DNA of 64,000 bases from Caecitellus pseudoparvulus (lineage: Eukaryota; Protista; Bigyra: Bicosoecida), in NCBI GenBank assembly GCA_965644315.1, contig CBFFRQ010000078.1:186001-250000 (forward strand), read 5' to 3'. The notes under the pieces are model-generated. The model was given only the letters and a program-made list of their open reading frames with translations. It did not search any database and was not told where the DNA came from. Every line of letters begins with the position of its first letter. Position 1 is the stretch's first letter. A program made the translations under genes and the position numbers. Below, piece after piece: positions 11,584-21,135 of this stretch.

Positions 11584-12441
11584 CTAGCGTTTCTGCGACT
11601 CGTCTGACTGGGGTGAGGGACGGAGCTCAGCCAGAATCCGTGACAAGGCCTGGGTTGGAGAGGTTGTCAGCTCGTGGAAGCGGGCCGTGCTGAGCTCTCG
11701 GGCTGCTCTGTTTAGCCCAACAATCTCCTGCAAACTGACGACACCAAGCAGCTCCGACGAGAAGGGCGCGTCAGAGGTTTCATGTTCATGCGCGTCAGGG
11801 TCAGCGCATGAGCTTGGGCGTGCCACCCGCACCTTGTCAGTGACGCAGCCGTGTTCAGAAGGCTGCTGTCCGTGGCTCTCTGCGTCTGTGGCGTCGTCTC
11901 CGTGTGCGGAGGGGACAGAATCAGCTGCATGGGCCATGGCGCTGTGCGTGTCCAGGACAGGGAGGTGGTGAACCTGCATGGCTGCCATGACTGCCATGCA
12001 AGACTCGAGGTCGTTGTTGGGGAGGACGTAGGCTGTGCTGGCAATGGGAGTGGCGATGTCCTGGCACCTCATCCGTTGGGCATCGCCTTCTGGAAGCGAC
12101 ACCTTTGTCAAGTAGTCCGTCGTGGTGATGAGCCCGTGCACCCAGGATGGGTCTCCAGCCTTGACGACTACAACAGATGTTACTCCCGCCTTGAGCATGG
12201 TAGAAAGTGCCTGGTGCGCTGGTGCAGTCTGCGTGCGTGTCACGTTTCGGTGGCGTTTTGCCAGCCCAACACGCCTGCGCGTTGCGCTGCCACGCACATC
12301 CTCGACAGTGTACATTACCTGCCTGTCAGCCGGGCGTGCACTAATTATATCCGAGGCAGTGTAGCGGGGTGCCCTGAACCACTGCAAGACGCGGTGCGCC
12401 GCAGAGCCCGCCATGTAGGCTCTCGGGTTGAGCAGCTGCAT
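11584..12441 (-). CDS. CBS-domain (Bateman) protein, probably mitochondrial
   Basis: Likely ATG at 12441 (gccgccATG). CBS motifs ALSTMLKAGVTSVVVV..GLITTTDY, LESCMAVMAAMQVHHLPVL and LLGVVSLQEIV. Arg-rich N-terminus. Confidence 0.75.
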   Translation of the reverse strand: MQLLNPRAYMAGSAAHRVLQWFRAPRYTASDIISARPADRQVMYTVEDVRGSATRRRVGLAKRHRNVTRTQTAPAHQALSTMLKAGVTSVVVVKAGDPSWVHGLITTTDYLTKVSLPEGDAQRMRCQDIATPIASTAYVLPNNDLESCMAVMAAMQVHHLPVLDTHSAMAHAADSVPSAHGDDATDAESHGQQPSEHGCVTDKVRVARPSSCADPDAHEHETSDAPFSSELLGVVSLQEIVGLNRAARELSTARFHELTTSPTQALSRILAELRPSPQSDESQKR

Positions 12442-12548
12442 GGCGGCGACTTGGCGTGGACTGCTTCGGGGGGCACTGCAAAGCGAACACGAAAATCCTC
12501 TCTCACGCCATAACGATCGCAGTAGTCCGGGTGAATTGCCCTGAAACA

Positions 12549-13858
12549 ATGTTTGCCAGAGCCACGCTCTTGGCGGCACTGTGCGTTTGGCTGGGCTTCC
12601 TCCCAGCTCCAGGAGCGGAGCGCAGTGCGCACCATGTGTGGGGGGTGGTGCTGCACACCTCCCGCTTCTGGATGAACTATCGCCACACATCTGATGCACT
12701 GGCGGTGTACCATTTGTTGAAGGCGGGCGGGGTCTCGGACCAGGACGTGGGTGTCGGCATCAATTTCCGTCATTGAGCCCTGCACACCGGCGCCGCTGCT
12801 GGGCCCCACAGATTGTCCTCATGCTTGCTGACGACCACGTTATGTCTCCTAGGAGTTCAGAGCCAGGTCACGTGTTCATTGACTCGCCAGTGAGCAGTGC
12901 TGGTCCCCGGGGAAGCCTGTGCGTGGACCCTCCGTGGACTGCTGTGACAGCCAAGCACTTCTCTTCCACCGTGCTGTGCAGGTTTACGCCAGACACACGA
13001 GTGGATGCTTGGGGCTCAAGCGTAACTTCTAGATGCTTTTTGGCTGTGTTGCTGGGGCAGGACGTGCCTGCCTGTCCAGCTGCTCCGGTGCTGCCGCAGC
13101 CGTCCAACTCTACTCTGCTGCTGTACATGAACGGCCACGGCGGCGACACGTTTTTCAAGTTCAGAGACGAAGTGGAGCTGACAGCAGGGGAATTGGCCTC
13201 AGCCCTGGTGTTGGCTCGCCTGAAGGGCCGGTTTGCGCGTGCTGTCCTCGTCATCGACACGTGCCAAGCGAGCACGATGGGCGCCGCCCTGGCGGAAGCA
13301 TCCACGGGCTCCGCTGGGCCGGACTGGGCTGCTGCTTGGGAGGCTGCCATTGGGATGGGGGCCGAAGTGGCCTCGTGTGCAACCACCAGCTCCGCCTGTT
13401 GGTTCCTGGAATGGGTTGCGCAGGTGCCGTGGGTGGGGCGAGCCTTGCAGCAGGGTGGCTGGCAAGTTTTGCGGCGTCTCGCGCCGTGGCTGATACCGCC
13501 CATGCCAGCCCTGGGTACGTGGCTGGTGTTCTCGTCTGGAAAGGGCTTGAGCTCATACGCCACACCCACTGAGCCTGGGCTTGGGACACCGCTTGGGGAC
13601 GGCCTGGTCAGCACTCTGTGGAGAACGCTGGGAGGCAGCGGGGCGTCCAGGGTGCGTGGGGGGCTAGCATCACACGGCTCCTTGCGGTCGTTGTTTGTGG
13701 GCATGTCGCAGTGGGCCGTGGGCAGTCGGCTGGTGCTGCGTGAAGACCACGCCGACGGCAGCGACCCCGTGAGCAGTGCCCTGTCCGCCCAGCACCTCGC
13801 TCAACCCGCCAAGCGCGTGGAGGTTGGCACTGGACTGCAGCTCGGGCAGACAAATTGA
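12549..13858 (+). CDS. GPI8: GPI-anchor transamidase catalytic subunit (GPI8/PIG-K, peptidase C13)
   Basis: Signal peptide, WGVVLHTSRFWMNYRH, IVLMLADD, catalytic His (YMNGHGG) and Cys (IDTCQA), FFKFRDEVEL. Intron 12747-12811 and a probable in-frame intron 12919-12981. Confidence 0.88.
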
Positions 13859-13892
13859 ATTCAGCGACGCAGCTCACGCAAGAGGCGGCCTC

Positions 13893-16433
13893 TCACTGCA
13901 CACGGCTTCGAGGCCCCGCCTTGCTCTCCCCGAAGCTTGCGGGACTGGCCCGTGCTGGGTGCAGTGGCGGCTGCTGTCTGTGGGGGGTGCTGGAGGGGCG
14001 AGGGGGGGGGAAGGCGTCCCGCTCCGGAGTTGTGGCCTCTGCACTGGCCCCACTGGTGGGCGGCGACGTGCTGGACACACTGCCTTCCGTGTCTGCCGTG
14101 GGCATGCTGTCTGTGGGCGGGGACAGCACAGGGGAGGCCGGGGACGGGCCGCGACGTGGCTGCAGGCCCAGCTCCATGCGACTGGAGGTGAAGCGAGGAG
14201 GCGCCCCTGCCCGGCCCCGGTCATCTGAACCGGTGTACCCCTGCCCTGCCAGGCCGGAGCCGATGGCCCCTGGCGACGCAAAGTGCTGCGGCGAGGCGCC
14301 CTCCCCGCTGCCGTCGCTGTTTCGGTGAGAGTGGTGCGTGCTGAAGGACTCAGACGAGCGCATGGAGGTGACGGGGGACGGCACCGTGGGGAGCTGGGCT
14401 GCACCCAGCGTGTACGAGTGCCCCGATGCACGCACGGGGGGGGGCTGGTAGGCCCCTCCAGCGCCCGCCCCTGCCGCACGGTGGTCTGCTCCCCCTGCAG
14501 CTTGCCACGGCGCAGCCATGCCTGCCGTGAGGCGTGCCTGCAGGCCCCCTCCGCCGCCACCCAAGGCCATGAAGCCGCCTGGACCGCCAAGCCCAGGCGC
14601 GACGCCAGTGGCGTCCTCCGCCCAGTCCCTGAACTCCTCTTGCTGGGCCGCCAGGGCATCCATGATCTCCCCTGCTCGCTGTGCAGAGGCGACGGCGTCA
14701 GAGTGCAGGGCTGACTGCGTCGCCTGTGCATGCGCGTCCGCCTTGTGCTCCATGGTGCGCAGTTGCTCCTGCAGCGCGCCCATGGTGCGCAGGAACTGGC
14801 GCTGCATGGACATGTGCAGGCGGTTGACATCCTCCTCCGGCAGGGAGGCCACGGTGCGCATGACGGCAGGGACGTCGGCGAACACTTGCGCGACGTCCTG
14901 CACGACGCTCTGGCGCAGGCGCATGTTCCGGAAGAGGGCCAGGACGAACTCTGCGTCGGTGGTGTCGAAGGGCCCCGAGGAGATGAGGGGCATGAGGATT
15001 TGACACACCAGGGAGATGAGCAGGATCTCCGAGCCGAAGTACAGCGCGGTGGTGGCGGACCTGGACCGGGCCAGGGCGCCCTGCTCGTGCAGGGCCATGA
15101 GCAGGGTGACGATGGCGCGCGCAAAGGAGTAGCTGCACAGCAGGGCGCCGGCCCACAGGGGGTTCCTGGCTGTGTGGGAGAGGGGGTAGCCCTTCAGCGC
15201 GCCACACCACCGTGTGCGCTTCAGGATGGTGTCCATGCTGAGTCGGCGGCCGCGTGAGTCCCGCTGCGACTCTGCTGGGATGTCATCCAGGTACGAGTAG
15301 GGGCCGCCCGGGACACGGGGCCGGGCACAGCACAGCAGCCAGGGGGTGCAGTGCCCTTGGGGAGCAGGGCGGTGCAGCACCAGCGCGCCGGAGTCCGAGT
15401 GCAGGTAGCAAGCGGAGAAGAGGCAGATGCCGCAAATGGCGAACCACGTGCAGAAGTATGCGGGGATGACAGTGTTCTCAAAGGCGTCCCGGTCAGCGAC
15501 GCTGAAGAAGAAGCCCAGCGTGACGCCGAAGTAGGAGAGCACGATGACGGCCATGCCGGCGCCCAGGGTGGTGCCGATGCGCTTGGGCGTGCAGCAGGTC
15601 ACTGCCTTGTGTGCAGCGGGGAGGAGCAGGTTCCCCCTCACGTCGGGCTTGCGGGGGCGGTAGGGGTTGGCGCCGCCTCGCATGCGCTGCGGCGGCCCCA
15701 CGCCCGTGCCGCCCTCTGAAGGCCTGCCCAGGTCCAAGGACGAGCCCCGGTTCAGGCTGCGGAACTCAGCACGGCGAGCTGAGGCAGACTGGCTGGAGCC
15801 ACCCACGGTGCCAGGCGCTGCATCCAGGGCCTGGCCCATGTAGTAGCCGCCGCTGCTGGTGCGAGGGGCGGTGCCGCGATGTGTGTCTGCCTCGCCGTCA
15901 GGGCGTGCCGGGGAAGCTTTGGCTGGCCCAGGGTTCGATGCTGCAGTGGAGATGGACCTGCCATCCACTGTAAGGCCGTTCTGGTTGCAGAAGACCCGCT
16001 TGAGGACTCCGTACTGGTCAAGAGTGCGGGCGGCGAGTGCCGACCGCATCAAGCTGGACACGTGCGTGAGCATGGCAGCGAGGAAGCAGACGCCGCCCCA
16101 GTCGAGGTTCAGCACCATGGTCCACTCTGCGGCGAACGACGAGTCGGCTTCTTGCTTGGTGGCTGCAAGCAGCGCTTGGGAAGCGTGGCTCTCATTGGCC
16201 GTAATTTCCGCAACCTCGTTGGTGAGCACCTGCTCCTGCTCGTGCCCCATTGCCATGTAGAAAGATGCTGCTCGGACGGCCAACACCATGGAGGCCGCTG
16301 TGACGAAGCTTGCTCGGGAGGAGACGGAGATGCTGCCGGCCTTGTACAGCACTTGCCCGACAATGATGGCGAGCGCCAGAACGGCGGCACACGCCAACGC
16401 GAGGTACGTGCGCTGGAGGTCGGTGATGGCCAT
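13893..16433 (-). CDS. Multi-pass membrane protein (about 7 hydrophobic segments; GPR137/TOM1-like topology possible) with coiled-coil and low-complexity tail
   Basis: 846 aa ATG-initiated ORF with several hydrophobic helices, a YFGSEIL motif in the last helix, then a coiled coil (MGALQEQLRTMEHKA) and a Pro/Ser-rich tail. Confidence 0.6.
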   Translation of the reverse strand: MAITDLQRTYLALACAAVLALAIIVGQVLYKAGSISVSSRASFVTAASMVLAVRAASFYMAMGHEQEQVLTNEVAEITANESHASQALLAATKQEADSSFAAEWTMVLNLDWGGVCFLAAMLTHVSSLMRSALAARTLDQYGVLKRVFCNQNGLTVDGRSISTAASNPGPAKASPARPDGEADTHRGTAPRTSSGGYYMGQALDAAPGTVGGSSQSASARRAEFRSLNRGSSLDLGRPSEGGTGVGPPQRMRGGANPYRPRKPDVRGNLLLPAAHKAVTCCTPKRIGTTLGAGMAVIVLSYFGVTLGFFFSVADRDAFENTVIPAYFCTWFAICGICLFSACYLHSDSGALVLHRPAPQGHCTPWLLCCARPRVPGGPYSYLDDIPAESQRDSRGRRLSMDTILKRTRWCGALKGYPLSHTARNPLWAGALLCSYSFARAIVTLLMALHEQGALARSRSATTALYFGSEILLISLVCQILMPLISSGPFDTTDAEFVLALFRNMRLRQSVVQDVAQVFADVPAVMRTVASLPEEDVNRLHMSMQRQFLRTMGALQEQLRTMEHKADAHAQATQSALHSDAVASAQRAGEIMDALAAQQEEFRDWAEDATGVAPGLGGPGGFMALGGGGGGLQARLTAGMAAPWQAAGGADHRAAGAGAGGAYQPPPVRASGHSYTLGAAQLPTVPSPVTSMRSSESFSTHHSHRNSDGSGEGASPQHFASPGAIGSGLAGQGYTGSDDRGRAGAPPRFTSSRMELGLQPRRGPSPASPVLSPPTDSMPTADTEGSVSSTSPPTSGASAEATTPERDAFPPPRPSSTPHRQQPPLHPARASPASFGESKAGPRSRVQ

Positions 16434-17107
16434 GCTGGATCAGCACAAGTGTGTTGGGTATGTGTGGGACACACGTCAGAGCGGCACTGGGCACCGACGG
16501 CGGCTTAGTCCGGCGTGTGACGGAGTGCGTGTGCAGGTTGACACCTCGCGTTTCCCGCTGGTGGAACCTGGCGCTGCACCCGCAAGCTTGCCCGATGAGC
16601 TGGCCCCAGGCAGGCACAGAGCTTGAGAGACGGCCTCCCTGAATCCCTGCCTGCGGTGTCCAGGCGGGGGGCGGGAGGGGTCCTGGAAGTGGCAGGCTCC
16701 TGCCGGCCACGAAGTGGTGCAGGTTCAGGCACTACCCGTGCCTGATGCTCCACTGGCTGCAGCGCCAGATGGAGGTGCTGCGCGCGAAGTTTCACGAGGA
16801 GACGAGTTAGCTCAGAGGCGTGATTCGTGTGGCGGTGTGTGGTTGAAGAATGCCTGCGAACGGGCTTTGCTGCGGCGTCTTGGCGGGGGCGTTTCTTCGC
16901 GGCTTGCGGCAATTGGGCAGAGCAGCTTCTGAGGCTGGCTCATCAGCTGGAGCGCCCCCGCCTGCACAGAGACGCAGCGCGCACTTCTCCGTCCCCCCGC
17001 AGTGCAATCGCCACTTGCATGTATACCACCTGGCCTCCACAAGGGCAGTGAGCGTCGCACCCTGACCTGCCAGTGCAAGTGCCCTTGCAGAGGGAGACAC
17101 CTGCACC

Positions 17108-18517
17108 ATGCTGGCTCGCTCCGCAGCCGCTGTTGTGGGCAGGCGCCTGCCAGCGCTGCCACACATTGCCCTCCGGGCGCAGGCAGTATCTGGTGTGGAC
17201 CAGTACGTGCCCCGGCTCGCCTCGGTGCTTCCCCGGGCAGTGTCAACCGTGAGCACCGGCACAGTGCTGAGCATTGCCGCCACTCCGTCTGGGCGGGTGC
17301 ATGTCAACACGCCGTTGCCAGGGGTGGCTGGTGTTGTGGACTTGGACCTGCCCCCTCGCGCCAAGGTGTCTGACCTCATCGCCTCTGTCCACGAGGCTGA
17401 CTCCTCTGTCAAGCAGGTGCAGGTGCAGGACGTGACAGGGGCCACTGTGTCTGCCTCCACGCCTCTGGCGTTTCTCCTCACTCGCCGAGTGTCCCTCCTC
17501 GTGGACGACTTGGAGTTGAAAGCGGTGCCTACAGGAGCAGGCGCCAGCATCTCCGCTGCCCTGGAAGCCTTGAGGGGTGATGGGGAGGACGCCAGCACCA
17601 CAGCCTATGACTCCCTGCGCTCAACACTCCTGGACATGGCGCGCACGCAGCGCAGTATCCCGTACACGCAGTACGTGGACTTGGTGCGGCAGGCGGCGGG
17701 GGCGTGCTCCCACGGCGACCCTGCCACCGGTGGCATCGTCAGGGAAGATGTGGCTGCAGCTATGGCGCCTGGCGGGGTGCTGGAGCTGGCCCAAGACTGG
17801 CTGGCGCTGCTGCACGTGGATGGCGTGGCACTGCACTTCGCCTCGTCGCCCGACCCGGAGTTGCGGCACATGGTGCTGCTGCAGCCACCCTCTGCCACCT
17901 CCAGCCTCCTCACAGACGCGCTGGATGTCTCCAACTCCCGCGACAAGGCCAAGCTGTCCGCCCTGGCGGGCAGCATCGCCGCTGCAGAGGCGACAGTGTC
18001 GCACATGACGCGCGTGGCGCGGGACATCCTGTCCCGCGCGGAGCTCCAGGCCAACGTGGCAGCCTGGTCCCTGGGCATCGGCATGGTGGCCCAGTACGGC
18101 TTCTTCCTCTCCTTCATCTACGTCACGTCCTGGGACTTCGCGGAGCCGCTGCTGTACTTCGTCTCCTTCGGGTACGGCATCGTAGGTGTCCTGTACTTCC
18201 TCGCCGCCCAGCGGGACCCCGTGAGCAGCAACCTGTACGAGACCCTGGTCGCATGGCGCCGCCGCGCTCTGCACCGCAAGCTGGACGCCTCTGCCCTCGG
18301 GCAGGCCTGCGCTGGCGACGCACTGGAAACCTGGCGGGATGTGCCTGCCTTTGAGCGCCTGCTACAGGCACGCGCCACCGACCTCAGCGCTGCCATGCGC
18401 GAGGTGCAGGTGCTGGCACAGCGTGTGGAGGCTGACGCCGAGGCGGAGGTGGAGGCTGCCCGGCAAGCCCTCAAGGCTCAGCCAGAAGGCGGGGACGGCG
18501 ACAGCACGGCGAGGTGA
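17108..18517 (+). CDS. MCU: Mitochondrial calcium uniporter (MCU) homologue
   Basis: Presequence-like N-terminus (MLARSAAAVVGRRL), coiled coil, and two TM helices flanking the selectivity filter SWDFAEPLLYF (canonical WDxxEP). Confidence 0.85.
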   Translation: MLARSAAAVVGRRLPALPHIALRAQAVSGVDQYVPRLASVLPRAVSTVSTGTVLSIAATPSGRVHVNTPLPGVAGVVDLDLPPRAKVSDLIASVHEADSSVKQVQVQDVTGATVSASTPLAFLLTRRVSLLVDDLELKAVPTGAGASISAALEALRGDGEDASTTAYDSLRSTLLDMARTQRSIPYTQYVDLVRQAAGACSHGDPATGGIVREDVAAAMAPGGVLELAQDWLALLHVDGVALHFASSPDPELRHMVLLQPPSATSSLLTDALDVSNSRDKAKLSALAGSIAAAEATVSHMTRVARDILSRAELQANVAAWSLGIGMVAQYGFFLSFIYVTSWDFAEPLLYFVSFGYGIVGVLYFLAAQRDPVSSNLYETLVAWRRRALHRKLDASALGQACAGDALETWRDVPAFERLLQARATDLSAAMREVQVLAQRVEADAEAEVEAARQALKAQPEGGDGDSTAR

Positions 18518-18698
18518 CACTTCAGCGTCGTGCCAGGGCACCGCTGTTGCTTCAGGGCGCAGTGGAACGTGGTGCAGCAATTCCCAACAAGTCACATCTT
18601 CACCCCCAGCACTGTCTTCACCAGCAGCGTCTGTGCAGCAGGTGCAGCCCAGTCAATGCACTCGTTTGTAGCAGGCAGCGCTTGGCCAAGCAGCCGGC

Positions 18699-21135
18699 AT
18701 GGCAGCATGCGAGCCAGCCACAGCGGCGCCCGCCCCTGCCACCCTGGTAGACATCGGATTCAATGCTTGCCACAAGCAGTTTGGGAAGCGCTTGCCAGCC
18801 ATCCTTGAGCGCGCTGCGGCCGTCGGCGTGCGCAGCGTGCTCATCACAGCAACAGATGAAGCCAGCATTCGCAGTGCGGCAAAGCTGGCCGATGAGAACG
18901 AGGGCCAGCTCGGCGGCGTGTCCCTCGCATACACAGCTGGCGTGCATCCCCACCACGCGAAGGACTTTGATGCAACGGTGTGTGCTGCCGGCCGCGTGGC
19001 AGGCTTGGCGTGGCAGGTTTGGCGTGGTGAGAATCCCCGCACGGCGCACGTCGCTCGCTCTCTGCGCAGGGCGCTGAGAGCATCATCCGGGAACACGTGG
19101 GCAAGAAGTACTGCATGGCAGTGGGGGAGTGTGGGCTGGATTTCAACCGCAACTTCAGCCCGCCAGACGTGCAGGTGAGCCTGCTCAGTCCGGTGCTGGC
19201 TCAAGCTGTGCCAGCCAACACTTGTTCGGGCTCCTTCCCAGGTGGACGTCTTCACACGGCAGGTAAAGCTGGCCAAGGAAGTCGGTCTACCGCTGTTTCT
19301 GCACGAGAGAGATGCCCACGAAGCCTTCTTGGGCGTCATGGATGCCCACTGGTGCGTACAGCAGTCTCCCCCGCCCCCGCACACCGGCACTGCCTCACCC
19401 TCCCACACACAGGACCCCTGAGACCCCGGCAGTGGTGCACTGCTTCACAGGCACCGCAGAGCAAGCTGCGGCGTACATCGCCCGGGGCATGTACATCGGC
19501 CTCACCGGCACAGTGAGCATGCCGCGGCGGGGGGCAGCTCTCCGCGCCCTGCTCAGCAGCTCACCGCCTGCCATCCCACTGGACCGCCTCCTGCTGGAGA
19601 CAGATGCGCCGTTCATGCACCCTTTCACGGAGGGCAGCATCGCAGTGCCCACGCCGACGGATGCGGCAGCGCGAGTCGCGGAGGCGGGCGGTGGGGGGGG
19701 TGGTCGCAAGGGCTCCCGTCGGCGTCGCACGTGCGAGCCAGCACACATGCAGCACATCCTGGCCACCGTGGCGGGCTGTCTGGGCAAGACTGCCGAGGAG
19801 GTTGCCGCTGCCACATCAGCCAATGCTGCGGCGGTGTTTGGACTGCACGTGCCTGCCGCACCCTCGGCCACAGCTCCAGGCGGCGCTGCCGTGTCAGGTG
19901 ACGGCACTGGGAAGCAGGCTGCCCCCGCCACCCCACCTGCAGCTGCAGCAGGCGGAGGTGGGGGCAGTGTCCCCCCTGCCGTGCAGCCTGTTGAGGAAGT
20001 GCTTGCCGAGGCGACAGCGGGCCGCTTTGTGGACACGCACATCCACCTGGACGAGGTGCTGACGGCGTTGAAGGTGGCCATCCCAGGCATGGCCCAGGGG
20101 GGCAGCGGGTCATCTGAAGAGGAAATGCTGGCGGCAGCCATCGCTGCCTCCCTTGCCGAGAGCGGGGGCAGCGAAGCCGCAGCGGGAGGGGGCGGCGGCG
20201 CCCAGGCGGCCGCCGCGGAGGGGGTTGCCGAGGCCCTGGACGGCCTGCACCCCGTCCTGTCTTCCCTGTTTGGGGCCGAGTGCGACGGTGTCGTGGCGCA
20301 GTTCTGCGACCCCGCCTCCGTGGCGACGAGTCTGGCGGTGTACCCGGCTCTGTTGGCCCTGCGGGGTGTGGTGGGCGCCTTCGGCTGCCACCCCCACCAC
20401 GCCAAGTACTACACCGAGTCTTGGAAGGGGCGCATCCGCGAGGCCCTGGCCCACCCACGCGCGGTGGCCCTCGGCGAGTGTGGCCTGGACTACGCCAAGA
20501 AGCAGAGCCCCAAGCAGCGCCAGCGGGAGGTGCTAGTGCAGCAGATCGCCCTGGCAGTGGAGCTGGGCAAGCCCATCGTCATCCACTGCCGCAACGCAGA
20601 GGCTGACCTGCTGGACATCTTCAAGGCACACCTGCCACGTGAGTGGCTGGTGCATGTGCACTGCTACACTGGAAACGCCACCCACGCTGCGGCGCTGTTG
20701 GAGGGCTTCCCCAACGTCCACTTCGGGTTCACGGGGTTCATCACGCAGGACAACCCGGATGCCGCCGCCACCCGACAGGCCATTCGGCACGCCATCCCCC
20801 CCAACCGCATCCTGTTCGAGACGGATGGGCCGTGGATGTCTCCGCGTGTACGGGGGGCCCACGCTGACGTCGTCTTGCCCGTGCTGCAGCGCCTGTACGA
20901 TACGGGGCGGTACCAGAGCAAGCCGGCACCCAAGGTCACGGCAGCTGGCGGGGGTGGCGGCAAGGGGCGCAGGGGCAAGGGGCAGGGGGCGGTGGGGTGT
21001 GGTCCCCGCGGCCAGACCTGCCATGCCGGCGCCATCCCCGCCATCGTCGCGGTGGTGGCACGGGAGGCGGGGGTGCCCGTCCGGCAGCTCATGGAGACTG
21101 TCCGGGAGAATTCCCGCAGGGTGTACAGTGTTTGA
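18699..21135 (+). CDS. Tandem double TatD-family nuclease with an embedded UIM
   Basis: Introns 18978-19069, 19175-19241 and 19352-19412 restore domain 1 (DIGFN, GVHPH, GECGLDF, LHER, VHCFTG, LETDAP). Domain 2 follows in the same frame (DTHIH, GCHPH, GECGLDY, HCR, HCYTG, FETDGP). Confidence 0.85.
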
